Source of the DNA: a virus | Length of the DNA stretch: 64,000 nt | Virus record (IMG/VR): IMGVR_UViG_3300047557_003034 | Span: 13,362 to 77,361 of that record | Strand: one strand, 5' to 3' | The notes under the pieces: generated by a model | Database searches by the model: none | The model's input: the letters and a program-made list of their open reading frames with translations, nothing else | What the model was told of the DNA's origin: nothing | Made by a program: the position numbers and the translations under genes | Part shown: positions 1 through 11,046 of the stretch, piece by piece | How the letters are laid out: each line of letters opens with the position of its first letter | How positions within the stretch are numbered: the stretch's first letter is position 1

Positions 1-1
1 T

Positions 2-3000
2 ATTTCAAACTGTACCCTCACGGTTACAGGATCTTCAACACTTTACGGAGTAATTTGTGGTGGTACCAATCCAATAGTAGCTGGCGATGGGTCTGCTGTG
101 TTGAATGGTTGGAGCAACAGTGCAATAGGTAGCGGTTCCATAGTAGGTAGCGGTTGCCAAAACATAGCATCAGGCTCATGCTCAGCAGTAGTAGGTGGTA
201 GATTCAATACTGGTTCAGGTGGATTTAGCTTTGTAGGAAATGGCTATGGTAACATAGCATCAGGTAGTTACACAGCAATAGTAGGCGGTCTAAACAACAC
301 AGGCTCAGGAGCATTTGGTTTTATAGGTGGTGGCAACAACAATAAGATAATTTACAACACAACAAGCGATGCTTGTTATGTAGCTATAGGTGGCGGACTC
401 AATAACACAGTATGCTCTAGATACAGTGCAATATTTGGCGGTGTCAACAACACAATAGGCATTGAAACAGATGCATCAACTATTGTTGGAGGTAATGCTA
501 ACCAAGTAACAAGTGCAGGATACTCGTTCGTAGGTGGTGGTGGAAACAACCTAAGCACTGGTTACTACAGCTTTGTAGGAGGTGGATGCGGTAATAGAAT
601 TAGCATAGGAATATGTGCATACGGTGTTATAGTAGGTGGTGCTGGAAACTGTTTAGTAATAAACAACAACTCAGCTATTGTAGGAGGTCAAACAAACTGT
701 ATAGATGGTAACTACAGCTTTATAGGAGGTGGTGCTGGAAACAGAGTTATAGCAGCATCAGGATCAATAGTAGGTGGTTTTTCTAATATAGTAAGTACAG
801 CTGGATGTGCAGGATTCATAGGTGGTGGTCAGTCTAACACAGTCAATAGCACTGCAGCAGTAATTGGAGGTGGTCTTTCGAACAGTGCAACAGGAATATA
901 CTCAATAGTAGCTGGAGGTGCTAGTAACATAGCAAATAGCTCCTACGCAGCAGTATTAGGCGGTACATTAAACTGTGCAACAGAATTTTACTCGACAGTA
1001 TCAGGTGGCTACAAAAGTTGTGCAACAAATCAATTTTCTTTTGTTGGTGGTGGTCGTATTAATGTAGTTAGCGGTAACTCGGCAGGTATAGTAGCAGGAC
1101 GCTCAAATGTAGCTAGTGGTCAATCTTCTTTTATCGGTAGTGGATTTAGCAACTCAGCATCAAACTGTTACGCAGTTGCAGTAGGAGGTTCAGGAAGCTT
1201 AGCATCAGGAATTGGCAGTTTTGTAGGTGGTGGATTTAATAATAGAGCAACATCAGCTTGTTCGGTAGTAGTAGGCGGTCAACAGAATACTGGCTCAGCA
1301 GCGTGGACCTTTGTAGGAGGAGGTATATCAAACACAGCTTCTAACACATATGCATTTGTAGGAGGAGGTTTTTGCAACGTTTCTAGTGGTTTATACGCCA
1401 CTGTCACAGGAGGTCAATTCAATACAGCTTCATTCGGTTTTGCTTTCGTAGGAGGTGGATGTCGCAATGCAGCAACAAGTTACGCATCGTTTGTAGGAGG
1501 TGGTGATGGAAACACTGCATCGGGATATAGAAACGTCGTAGTAGGTGGTGCTGGCAACACTGCATCGGGATACAGAGCAGCAATAGTAGGAGGTTCTGGA
1601 AACACTAACACAGGTACAAATTCGTTTGTAGGAGCTGGTGCACAGAACAATGCAGGTGGTCTATGGTCAGGAATCGTATTGGGAAGGTTGAACTGTACTT
1701 GTACATCATCAACAGCATCATTCATAGGTGGTGGTCAAAACAATACAGTAAGCAACGTACTACAATCTTCCATCGTAGGTGGAGGTTCAAACTCAGTAAC
1801 TGCTACTTTAGGATTTATAGGAGGTGGTGCAGAAAATACAGTAGCAGCTGAAACTGGATCGATTGTAGGTGGTAGGGGCAACGTAATTTGCATAGGAGGC
1901 TCAGGATCATTCATAGGAGGTGGTCGAAGTAACGTAATCAGCTCATGTCTTGCAGCAATAGTAAGCGGTCTTACTAACACAGTATCAAATTTTTACGGTT
2001 TTATAGGTGGTGGTACGAGCAATACAGTATCGGGGTATCTTGGTGCTGTTCTAGGAGGAGCCAGCAACCAAGCCACAGCAGGGTATTCAACAGTAGTTGG
2101 CGGTCAAAGCAACTGTGCAGTTGGACAGAAAGGATTTGTAGGAGGTGGTAGGTGTAACAGAGCATCAGGATTTGCAATTGTGGGTGGTGGTTGCTGCAAC
2201 TCAGCATCAAACTATTACACAGCTATACTAGGAGGTAGACAAAATACTATAACAACGGGTGGCAACTGTTCAATTATAGGCGGCGGTGCTTTTAATACAA
2301 TAGCAGCCTATACTGGATCAATAGTAGGTGGAGATAGAAACCGCATCTGTGCAGCTGCATGTGGTGCATTTATAGGTGGAGGTCAACAGAACACCGGTTC
2401 CGGTGTACTAACCTTCATAGGTGGTGGTCAGCAAAATGTAGCTGCTGGTGCCCTTAGTTTTGTAGGGGGTGGTCAGCAAAATGTAGCTACTGGTATCCTT
2501 AGTTTTGTGGGGGGTGGTACTTTTAATACTGTAGCAGCAGCAACTGGCTCAATAGTAGGCGGTGAACGCAACCTCATAACATCAACAGGATGTGCAGCAT
2601 TCATAGGTGGTGGTCAACTGAACACAGGCTCAGCAGCATGGAGCTTTATAGGTGGTGGTTTTAACAACTATGCTTTAGGACAAGGAAGCTTTATAGGTGG
2701 AGGTGGCTCTAATCTAACATTTGGTTCAGCAACATCAGCCTCAGTAGTTAGTGGTACGTGCAACTGTGCACAGGGAATTGCAAGTATTGTGGGTAGTGGA
2801 TGTCTAAACAAAGCTACAGGTACAAATACCGGTGTATTGGGTGGTTCAGGCAATACTGCATCAGGTGCTTGTTCTACTGTAGTTGGTGGTAATGGCAACG
2901 TTGCAAGCGGTGGATATAGCATAGCAGGATCAGGTTTAACAAACAGTGCATCAGGATATCTATCAGCATTGCTTGGTGGTGAAAGTAATACATCAGGAGG

Positions 3001-6000
3001 TTCTCGAAGTGCAGTATTAGGAGGTCGCTCAAACAGTGCTAGTGCTTATCAATCAGTAGCAGTTGGAGGTGGAACTAACTGTGCAACAGCAACTGCTGCT
3101 GCAGTAGTAGGAGGCTCTTTGAACACTGTTTCTGGAGCTTGTAGCTTTATAGGGGGTGGCACACTCAACACACTAAGCGGAATAGGAGGTGTTATTGTAG
3201 GAGGCAGCTCTAATACAGGTTCAGCTAATTTAGGTTTCATAGGAGGTGGTGGTGGTAATGTAGTATGTAACTCCTACGCTACAGTACTAGGTGGTGAAAA
3301 TAACCGAGCCATGGCCAGCCGTTCAACTGTAGGAGCTGGTAGTGGTAACCTTGCATCTGGAAGCTACTCAGGAGTCTTCAGCGGTCAAAACAATAACGGA
3401 TCAGGTTCATATAGCTTCATAGGAGGTGGAGTTAGCAACGTAGCATTAACTGTATCAGTTGTAGCTGGTGGAGGTCAAAATACAGCATCAGGTGGTTATG
3501 CAATCATAGGAGGCGGTAAACAAAACTCACTATCAGGTGACTACGCATCTATACTAGGAGGTACTATAAATGCAGTAACAGCTATTCACGGATTTGTAGG
3601 AGGAGGCTGTAGAAATACAGTGGCAGGACCAAGCGGATCAATAGTCGGTGGTTCTAGAAACTGCATTACTACTGCAGGAGTTGAAAGCTTCATAGGTGGT
3701 GGTTATGGTAACTGTACAACAGCAGCTTGTACAGCAATCTTGGGCGGTGGATTCAACACAGCATCAGCAGCTTTTGCAGGTGCATTTGGCTGCAACTTGA
3801 ATGCAAGTCAAGCTTGCCACTTCTACGTCAACAACTTATCAGTACCAGGCAACCTAACCGGTTCTAACATGGTACTTAGCGGTAAGCTAACAGTATGTCA
3901 GATAGAAGTACAAATCTTATCATCATCAGTAAGCTTCTTTACAGGATCTACAATCTTTGGATCTTGTTTAACAAATACACATCAGTTTACAGGATCAGTT
4001 AGTATAACTGGAAGTTTGAGGACCTGCGGTCCAGTTTGCTTTACGCAAACTATGGCTGTAGGTAGCGGATCTACTGCATCAGGAACTTATAGCAGTGTTG
4101 CAGGTGGTTTATCAAACACAGCATCAGGCAACTGTTCACACGTGGGTGGCGGTAGAGCTAATACGACATCAGGTGGATTTAGTACTGTAGGTGGTGGTTT
4201 TTCAAACAGCTCATCTGCAAACTATGCAACTACAGCAGGAGGTATTGGTAACAGAGCAGCTGGTGATTCTTCCTTCGTAGGTGGTGGTGGTAGCAACCTC
4301 GCATGTGGCAACTGTTCAGCAGTCGTAGGAGGTAGCCTTAACAGTGGATCAGCTGCTTTCACATTTGTTGGTGGTGGTTCTGATAACAGAGCGACTGCAT
4401 TTGCATCAGCGGTTGTAGGTGGTCAAGTTGGTCTAGTAAGTGGAGAATACTCAACGATATCAGGAGGATATAGAAATACTGTAGCTGGGTGTTTTGGATT
4501 CGTAGGAGGTGGGTATGAAAATACCGTATCAGCGCAGACTGGATCAATAGTGGGTGGTCGTAGTAACTGTATCTGCATAAGTGCGAGTGGATCATTCATA
4601 GGTGGCGGTCGAAGTAACATAGTCAGAGGACTCCTCGCATCGGCAGTAGGAGGTGTAGGCAACTCAGCATCGGGATCATACAGCTTTATAGGAGGTGGTA
4701 GTAGTAATGTAGTTGAGAGTTGTGGTGGAGCAGTTGTGAGTGGTACAGGTAACATTATACGAGCTGTAGTAGGAGGACAAGGATTTATAGGAGCAGGTGC
4801 TGCTAATACGGTATCAGGATGCAGAGCAATAATAGGTGCTGGTGTCGGTAACACAGCATCAGGAGATGATAACGTTATAGGAGGTGGCTTTTACAACACA
4901 GTAAGCAATTACCAATCAGTTGTAGTAGGTGGCTATCAAAACGTAGCAAGTAATACAAGAGTATTCATAGGTGGCGGTCAAAACAACTTAGCTTGTGGTA
5001 GTTTATCAGTTGTAGCAGGTGGTCAGCTAAATACTGGATCAGCAAATTTAACATCTGTATTAGGAGGTTTTGGTAATCGTGCAACAGCTGCAGGAGCAGT
5101 TGCTGTAGGTGGTTCTTCAAACCAATCCGCAGGTGCATCCGGATTTATTGGTGGAGGCTTCAACAACACAGTATCAGCACCCACTGGTTCAATAGTAGGT
5201 GGTGCCTTTAACTGTCTTTGCACAGCAGCATGTGCAGCATTTATAGGAGGTGGCCAACAAAACACTGGTTCAGGTGTAATGAGCTTTATTGGTGGTGGAA
5301 TTTGCAATGTAGCATCAGGCAACTGTTCAACAATAGTAGGCGGTCAACAGAACACTGGTTCAGGCATATTCAGCTTTATGGGTGGCGGTGGGAGAAATGC
5401 TGCATTAGGTGCCTGCTCTACAGTAGGTGGTGGTGAAATAAACATTGCAGGCAATCAACTATCAACAGTATCAGGCGGGTATAGAAACTACGCATGTGAA
5501 TATGGTGCTACTGTAGCAGGTGGTATAACAAACTGTGTATGCGGTTACATAGGAACTATAGCAGGTGGATTTGGAAATGCAGCATCAGGTTCTTATTCTT
5601 TTGTAGGAGGAGGTAGACAAAATCTAGCGTTAGCAGCATCAAGTTCTATAGTAGGTGGTTGTAGTAATACAATCTGCATAAGTGCAAGTGGATCATTCAT
5701 AGGTGGCGGTCAAAGCAACACAGTATCAGGACTACTGTCAGCAGTGGTTGGTGGTCAGAGTAATCTAGCATCAGGATCTCATAGCTTTGTAGGAGGAGGA
5801 TCTAGTAATGCTGTTCGCACTTGTTTCTCATTCATAGGAGGTGGTACTGGAAACTCGATAACAACAAGTTGCTGTTCAGTAATTGTCGGTGGTCAAAACA
5901 ACACTATCAGCGGTGATTTCTATCAAAACTGGCACTTTATAGGTGGTGGATTTGGAAACTCGATAGCTGGTGGAACCAATAATAGGTACGGTAACATTAT

Positions 6001-8836
6001 TGTAGGTGGCTGTCTTAACAGTACTAGTGGTTACAATAGTGTAATAGTAGGAGGACACTCAAATACAATAAGTGGAACACAATCAGATACTGTAGGTTCA
6101 GTGATAGGTGGTGGTTGTTTCAACACTGTTAGTCTACTAGGTGCGATCTTCAGTGGTCATAGAAACTGTGTAATAGGTGTAAACTCTCAGGGAGAAGTAG
6201 GCGGTATCTTTGGTGGTGCATACAACACAGGATCTAATAGAAGTCACATCGTAGGTGGCTGTAATAACTCAGCAACTGGATGTAGATCTTTCATCGGATC
6301 AGGTACACGCAACTCAGTGTCAGGGTACGCTTCATCAGTAGTAGGAGGTTATCAAAACACCGGTTCTGCTAGCAACGTATTCGTAGGAAACGGAGCATTT
6401 AACGCAGCAGCTGCAACATACGCAGTCGTAGGAGGCGGTCAAGGCAATAGAGTACTAGGAGAAACCGGCTCAATAGCAGGCGGTTGGGGTAATACAATAT
6501 GTCTTGCTGGTAGCGGTTCATTCATAGGAGGTGGTCGAGTAAATACTATAACAGCACAGCTATCAACAATAGGAGGTGGTGTTAATAATACTGGTTCAAA
6601 CTCTTATACGTTTATAGGTGGTGGTGCAAGTAATACAGCAACTGGTCTATTTGCATCAGTCGTAGGAGGAGGTAGTAACTGTTCTGCATGCAACTTCGGT
6701 TTTGTAGGAGGTGGTCAAAATAACTGGTCAATAGGAAATGAATCAACTATATCAGGTGGATATTGTAATAGGATATTAAACACAGTATCAACATTTATAG
6801 GAGGTGGTTTCAAGAACTGTGTTACATCAGGACCCTACTCAGCTGTAGCAGGTGGTATTTTAAACACGATCACAGTAAGAGATTTTAGAAACAGTGCAAT
6901 AATAGCTGGAGGATCTACTAACACTGTAACAGCTGGTCTTAGTTTTATAGGCGGAGGTTGCACGAATACAGTAGCAGCAGAAACAGGATCAATAGTAGGT
7001 GGTGCTAGTAACACAATCTGCATAAGTGCAAGTGGATCATTCATAGGTGGTGGTAGAGGTAATATAGTGTCAGGACAGCTAGCAGCAGTGGTAGGTGGTC
7101 AAAGTAATACAGCATCGGGATCTAATAGTTTTGTAGGAGGAGGTTTAGCTAATAATGCAGCAGGTGCAGTATCTGTCGTAGGTGGTGGATGTGGAAATCG
7201 AACAAGTAACACCTACACAACTATTGCAGGAGGACTTATTAACACAACTAGCGGATACGGAGATACTATAGGTGGTGGTTATTTAAACATCACAGCAAAT
7301 AACAACTATCAAGGAATCTTTAGTGGATATGGTAATCAAACTACAGGTTCTTATAGTGCAGTACTAGGTGGTCTTCAAAACAGAGCAGCAGGTACAGCAG
7401 CAGCAGTAGGAAGTGGTTATTACAATGTAGCAGGTGGTTCTCACTCGTTTATAGGAAGTGGTAGAAACAACACTGCTAGCGGAACTTGCTCAACTATATC
7501 AGGTGGATACTTCAACGTCGCAACAGGCAACCATAGCTTCATAGGAAACGGTGCTTATAATAGCAACGTAGCATTAGGAGGTTTCATAGGAAACGGCTTT
7601 GAAAACTGTCTTACATCTGCAGCAGTATCATCCTCAGTAGTAGGCGGTGCTGATAACTGTGTTACAGGATGCTTTGCATTCATAGGAGGCGGTTGTCGAA
7701 ACACTGGTTCAGGTGTATTTAGCTTCGTAGGAGTTGGTAACAACAACAAAGCACTAAGTAACCATGGCCTAATAGTAGGAGGTAGAAACATTACCGTATC
7801 AGGAACTTATGGAATAGTAGGAGGTGGTGAAGGTAACTGTGTAACAGAAGTTTACGGATCTGTTTTTGGTGGTCTAACTAACTGTGTGATTGCTACTTAC
7901 GGTTTTGTAGGTGGTGGTACTACCAATACGGTAGCAGGACAAACCGGCTCAATAGTAGGTGGTCACAGTAATAGAATTTGCATCGGAGCATCCGGTTCAT
8001 TTATAGGTGGTGGTCGCTCAAACGTTGCATTGGACGGCATTGAAACAGTTATAGGAGGTGGCACAACTAACTGCACTAGTCAAAGATGGTCAGCAGTTGT
8101 AGGAGGTAACAACAACATCATAGCTAACTCAGCTGCATGTGCAAGTTTTATAGGTGCTGGTATCAGTAATATAATCTGCTGTGGATACAGTGTTATAGGA
8201 GGTGGATTTACGAACACAGCAATCCAGATGGGTAACGTCATTGCAGGAGGCTTCAATAACTCAAACAGCGGTGCATACGGTGTTATAGGAGGTGGTTGTT
8301 TGAATGTGGTTACTGCAACAGCAGCTACAATAGCAGGTGGTGTTAGGAACTGTGCAACAGCAGCTTGCTCAGCAATCTTGGGTGGTAACTTCAACACAGC
8401 ATCAGCAGTATTCGCAGGAGCTTTTGGATGCAACATCAACGCAAATGTGGCTTGTCACTTCTTCGTTAATAACCTCTCCGTAACAAATAACGTAACAGGA
8501 TCAAACGCCTGCTACACAGGCACAGTATCAGCAGCCTGTTTGATAGAAACATCATCAGAGAGGTATAAAGAGTGTATCAGACCTATAGGCTACAACACTG
8601 AAACTGTACAGCAACTTAATCCAATCCGCTTCCAATGGAAAGACAAAACCATCAGCAAGGATGACCAGTTAGGTCTCATTGCAGAAGAAGTGCAGAAGAT
8701 AATGCCGGAAGCAGTGATCTTGAATGATAAAGGTGAAGCAGAAGGTATCTCATACACAAAACTTGTACCGGTTCTAATCAAAGCAGTACAAGAGTTAGAG
8801 CAAAGAGTTGTATATTTAGAGAGTAAACTAAAATAA
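2..8836 (+). CDS. Giant tail fibre/adhesin with ~15-aa GGGxxNxAxGxxSxI repeats and C-terminal peptidase S74 intramolecular chaperone; 5'-truncated by the window edge
   Basis: The frame is open from base 2 (ISNCTLTVTGSS...), so the real start is upstream. Well over a hundred ~15-residue beta-roll-type repeats. The C-terminus TSSERYKECI...LNPIRFQWK...LGLIAEEV...YTKLVPVLIKAVQEL is typical of S74 chaperones. Confidence 0.85.
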   Translation: MSNCTLTVTGSSTLYGVICGGTNPIVAGDGSAVLNGWSNSAIGSGSIVGSGCQNIASGSCSAVVGGRFNTGSGGFSFVGNGYGNIASGSYTAIVGGLNNTGSGAFGFIGGGNNNKIIYNTTSDACYVAIGGGLNNTVCSRYSAIFGGVNNTIGIETDASTIVGGNANQVTSAGYSFVGGGGNNLSTGYYSFVGGGCGNRISIGICAYGVIVGGAGNCLVINNNSAIVGGQTNCIDGNYSFIGGGAGNRVIAASGSIVGGFSNIVSTAGCAGFIGGGQSNTVNSTAAVIGGGLSNSATGIYSIVAGGASNIANSSYAAVLGGTLNCATEFYSTVSGGYKSCATNQFSFVGGGRINVVSGNSAGIVAGRSNVASGQSSFIGSGFSNSASNCYAVAVGGSGSLASGIGSFVGGGFNNRATSACSVVVGGQQNTGSAAWTFVGGGISNTASNTYAFVGGGFCNVSSGLYATVTGGQFNTASFGFAFVGGGCRNAATSYASFVGGGDGNTASGYRNVVVGGAGNTASGYRAAIVGGSGNTNTGTNSFVGAGAQNNAGGLWSGIVLGRLNCTCTSSTASFIGGGQNNTVSNVLQSSIVGGGSNSVTATLGFIGGGAENTVAAETGSIVGGRGNVICIGGSGSFIGGGRSNVISSCLAAIVSGLTNTVSNFYGFIGGGTSNTVSGYLGAVLGGASNQATAGYSTVVGGQSNCAVGQKGFVGGGRCNRASGFAIVGGGCCNSASNYYTAILGGRQNTITTGGNCSIIGGGAFNTIAAYTGSIVGGDRNRICAAACGAFIGGGQQNTGSGVLTFIGGGQQNVAAGALSFVGGGQQNVATGILSFVGGGTFNTVAAATGSIVGGERNLITSTGCAAFIGGGQLNTGSAAWSFIGGGFNNYALGQGSFIGGGGSNLTFGSATSASVVSGTCNCAQGIASIVGSGCLNKATGTNTGVLGGSGNTASGACSTVVGGNGNVASGGYSIAGSGLTNSASGYLSALLGGESNTSGGSRSAVLGGRSNSASAYQSVAVGGGTNCATATAAAVVGGSLNTVSGACSFIGGGTLNTLSGIGGVIVGGSSNTGSANLGFIGGGGGNVVCNSYATVLGGENNRAMASRSTVGAGSGNLASGSYSGVFSGQNNNGSGSYSFIGGGVSNVALTVSVVAGGGQNTASGGYAIIGGGKQNSLSGDYASILGGTINAVTAIHGFVGGGCRNTVAGPSGSIVGGSRNCITTAGVESFIGGGYGNCTTAACTAILGGGFNTASAAFAGAFGCNLNASQACHFYVNNLSVPGNLTGSNMVLSGKLTVCQIEVQILSSSVSFFTGSTIFGSCLTNTHQFTGSVSITGSLRTCGPVCFTQTMAVGSGSTASGTYSSVAGGLSNTASGNCSHVGGGRANTTSGGFSTVGGGFSNSSSANYATTAGGIGNRAAGDSSFVGGGGSNLACGNCSAVVGGSLNSGSAAFTFVGGGSDNRATAFASAVVGGQVGLVSGEYSTISGGYRNTVAGCFGFVGGGYENTVSAQTGSIVGGRSNCICISASGSFIGGGRSNIVRGLLASAVGGVGNSASGSYSFIGGGSSNVVESCGGAVVSGTGNIIRAVVGGQGFIGAGAANTVSGCRAIIGAGVGNTASGDDNVIGGGFYNTVSNYQSVVVGGYQNVASNTRVFIGGGQNNLACGSLSVVAGGQLNTGSANLTSVLGGFGNRATAAGAVAVGGSSNQSAGASGFIGGGFNNTVSAPTGSIVGGAFNCLCTAACAAFIGGGQQNTGSGVMSFIGGGICNVASGNCSTIVGGQQNTGSGIFSFMGGGGRNAALGACSTVGGGEINIAGNQLSTVSGGYRNYACEYGATVAGGITNCVCGYIGTIAGGFGNAASGSYSFVGGGRQNLALAASSSIVGGCSNTICISASGSFIGGGQSNTVSGLLSAVVGGQSNLASGSHSFVGGGSSNAVRTCFSFIGGGTGNSITTSCCSVIVGGQNNTISGDFYQNWHFIGGGFGNSIAGGTNNRYGNIIVGGCLNSTSGYNSVIVGGHSNTISGTQSDTVGSVIGGGCFNTVSLLGAIFSGHRNCVIGVNSQGEVGGIFGGAYNTGSNRSHIVGGCNNSATGCRSFIGSGTRNSVSGYASSVVGGYQNTGSASNVFVGNGAFNAAAATYAVVGGGQGNRVLGETGSIAGGWGNTICLAGSGSFIGGGRVNTITAQLSTIGGGVNNTGSNSYTFIGGGASNTATGLFASVVGGGSNCSACNFGFVGGGQNNWSIGNESTISGGYCNRILNTVSTFIGGGFKNCVTSGPYSAVAGGILNTITVRDFRNSAIIAGGSTNTVTAGLSFIGGGCTNTVAAETGSIVGGASNTICISASGSFIGGGRGNIVSGQLAAVVGGQSNTASGSNSFVGGGLANNAAGAVSVVGGGCGNRTSNTYTTIAGGLINTTSGYGDTIGGGYLNITANNNYQGIFSGYGNQTTGSYSAVLGGLQNRAAGTAAAVGSGYYNVAGGSHSFIGSGRNNTASGTCSTISGGYFNVATGNHSFIGNGAYNSNVALGGFIGNGFENCLTSAAVSSSVVGGADNCVTGCFAFIGGGCRNTGSGVFSFVGVGNNNKALSNHGLIVGGRNITVSGTYGIVGGGEGNCVTEVYGSVFGGLTNCVIATYGFVGGGTTNTVAGQTGSIVGGHSNRICIGASGSFIGGGRSNVALDGIETVIGGGTTNCTSQRWSAVVGGNNNIIANSAACASFIGAGISNIICCGYSVIGGGFTNTAIQMGNVIAGGFNNSNSGAYGVIGGGCLNVVTATAATIAGGVRNCATAACSAILGGNFNTASAVFAGAFGCNINANVACHFFVNNLSVTNNVTGSNACYTGTVSAACLIETSSERYKECIRPIGYNTETVQQLNPIRFQWKDKTISKDDQLGLIAEEVQKIMPEAVILNDKGEAEGISYTKLVPVLIKAVQELEQRVVYLESKLK

Positions 8837-8840
8837 GAGT

Positions 8841-9581
8841 ATGGCATTTTCAAATGGTTGGAGAGGTCCTGATATTGTAGCTGATGGCTTGGTGTTGTAT
8901 CTTGATGCAGGATCACCTAATTCATATAGGACTGGCTTTGGCACTACATGGAAGGATATTAGTGGGTTTGGGTATAACGGAACGTTGACTAATGGTCCAA
9001 CTTTCAGTTCTGCGAATGGAGGTAGTTTTGTGTTTGATGGGACAGATGACTATGCCCAGTTTACTAATCCATCTAACCTACAAGCTCAGAACCTGACTAT
9101 CTCATTGTGGGTTAATCCTGCTAGTGCAACTAATGTGATTACTAGCCTTATAGACTACGATCATGCAAGCCTTCCTGTTCAAGGCTGGGTAATACAATCT
9201 GAAGACGCAACTTCAAACAGATACTACTATTTTGCATACTATGATGGAACTAAATACGAACCAGCTACAGGTATAGGAGCAGGAAAAGGTGTACAATTAA
9301 CAAATTCGACGTGGCAAAATCTAACATTCACTAAAAGTGGGACGTCTGTTCTAGGATACTTGAACGGAACTCAAACATTCACTTCCACTGCAGGAAACGC
9401 TACTATTTCATACCTACCCAGTAGGAATTTAAGAATTGCAAACGTTATTTCTACTGCATCTGGCGTTGGTAATCGCTCTTATAACGGACAAGTGTCAACA
9501 ACACAAATCTACAACAAAGCTCTTTCAGCCTCAGAAGTACTCCAAAACTATAACGCAACTAAAACCCGATTCGGATTATAA
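8841..9581 (+). CDS. LamG/concanavalin A-like lectin-domain virion protein
   Basis: GLVLYLDAG..SY..G.TW.D.SG..NGTL.NGPTF N-terminus and IYNKALSASEVLQNYNA..RFGL C-terminus. Confidence 0.8.
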   Translation: MAFSNGWRGPDIVADGLVLYLDAGSPNSYRTGFGTTWKDISGFGYNGTLTNGPTFSSANGGSFVFDGTDDYAQFTNPSNLQAQNLTISLWVNPASATNVITSLIDYDHASLPVQGWVIQSEDATSNRYYYFAYYDGTKYEPATGIGAGKGVQLTNSTWQNLTFTKSGTSVLGYLNGTQTFTSTAGNATISYLPSRNLRIANVISTASGVGNRSYNGQVSTTQIYNKALSASEVLQNYNATKTRFGL

Positions 9582-9582
9582 T

Positions 9583-10344
9583 ATGTCAGTAGCAGGTGGA
9601 CCAGATACAATACAAGATAGTTTAGTGTTATCACTAGATGCAGCAGACAGGAATAGTTATCCAGGATCTGGTGCAACCTGGTTTGATTTGAGTGGGAATG
9701 GATATAATTTTATTGGCAATGGAAACTATGGATTCTCGAATAACGCGATCCTATTCAATAGGGATAACGCTGCTAATACAGGTACTGTCTTTACACTTTC
9801 AAATATAGCTAACCAATTAAAGATAGAAAATTTTTTAGCAGGCAGTTGTACAATTGAAGTTTGGCATGTACCTCAAACTCTAAATAGCTCTAATTTTGAT
9901 GCAAACGAAGTCATATCAGGAGTTGTAGTTTGGCCAGGATTTCATAATGGTATGGTTTTTAGTTCAACAAGCTACCAATTTACTTTATGGAACTCAACAC
10001 AAACTAATGCTTTTAATATGGTTTCCACAAGTAGCATTTCTCTACCTTCCGTTACTTCATTTAATCAAATGATAACGTCTATTGATAGGAGTAACACAAC
10101 TTCATACATATATAGAAACGGTACGCAAGTTTACAGCACCGGATCTATACCAACTCTACCTTCAATGACTTCAGCTCAAAGTCTTCCTACAAACACACTT
10201 AACATCGGAGCAGCAAGAAACTCAGGAACCTTTAGATGGTTCTACACAGGAAGTATAGCTATAGTTAGGTTATACAACCGAGCTCTCTCAGCCTCAGAAA
10301 TCGCTCAAAATTACAACTCAACTAAAACCCGATTCGGACTATAA
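9583..10344 (+). CDS. LamG/ConA-like lectin-domain protein (paralog 2)
   Basis: ATG at 9583 (MSVAGGPDTIQDSLVLSLDAA) lies just after the previous stop and aligns with its paralogs, so the ORF-track start at 9436 is an overextension. Confidence 0.8.
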   Translation: MSVAGGPDTIQDSLVLSLDAADRNSYPGSGATWFDLSGNGYNFIGNGNYGFSNNAILFNRDNAANTGTVFTLSNIANQLKIENFLAGSCTIEVWHVPQTLNSSNFDANEVISGVVVWPGFHNGMVFSSTSYQFTLWNSTQTNAFNMVSTSSISLPSVTSFNQMITSIDRSNTTSYIYRNGTQVYSTGSIPTLPSMTSAQSLPTNTLNIGAARNSGTFRWFYTGSIAIVRLYNRALSASEIAQNYNSTKTRFGL

Positions 10345-10347
10345 ACT

Positions 10348-11034
10348 ATGGCTACACAATACGCAAATGGAAAGATCGTTACGGATGGTTTAGTATTGTC
10401 ACTAAATGCTGCGGATAGAAATTCATATCCAGGCAGTGGTACTACTTGGACTGATATGTCGGGTAATGGAAATAATGGTACCTTGACTAACGGTCCCACT
10501 TTTAGTTCTGCGAATGGCGGTGCGATTGTGTTTGACGGAACTAACGATTATGTGGCTACGGCTGGTATCAGTGCAACTGTTAGTGAACTTACAATTGCTA
10601 CCTGGCTTTTTGTAACAGAACCTCAACCAAACGAGTATAGTTCTATTGTCTTTTCTAGGAGTGGTAATATTACAGGTTTACATTTTTTAGGAATAGCCTT
10701 TGGAGGAAACGGGTACAAGCTAAGCTACACCTACAACGGCAGTGGCTATACTTGGGGAGGCGCACCTGCAGTTACTCCTTCAGTCTGGAATAGTGTAACA
10801 CTTGTTTTCAGGAGTACAGGAGCATTCTTTTACATAAACGGACAGTTCTCAGCATCAGATTTAGCGAGTTTAGCAGCAACAAACCTAGCAGCTCTCCAGA
10901 TAGGTAGAGACTCTGGTACGTTTGGTAGATACTATAAAGGTAATCTTGCAACAACTCAAATCTACAACAGAGCCCTCTCAGCCTCAGAAATCACACAAAA
11001 CTACAACGCACAAAAATCACGATACGGACTATAA
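10348..11034 (+). CDS. LamG/ConA-like lectin-domain protein (paralog 3)
   Basis: Same conserved N- and C-terminal motifs (GLVLSLNAAD...IYNRALSASEITQNYNA). Confidence 0.8.
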   Translation: MATQYANGKIVTDGLVLSLNAADRNSYPGSGTTWTDMSGNGNNGTLTNGPTFSSANGGAIVFDGTNDYVATAGISATVSELTIATWLFVTEPQPNEYSSIVFSRSGNITGLHFLGIAFGGNGYKLSYTYNGSGYTWGGAPAVTPSVWNSVTLVFRSTGAFFYINGQFSASDLASLAATNLAALQIGRDSGTFGRYYKGNLATTQIYNRALSASEITQNYNAQKSRYGL

Positions 11035-11046
11035 AACAATATAACT

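Noticed and set aside
9436-9582. ORF-track N-terminal extensions (also at 20927, 42928, 50700, 51218, 52428 and 62395)
   Set aside because: They overlap upstream genes or promoters; motif alignment indicates downstream ATGs at 9583, 20975, 42997, 50745, 51266, 52455 and 62410
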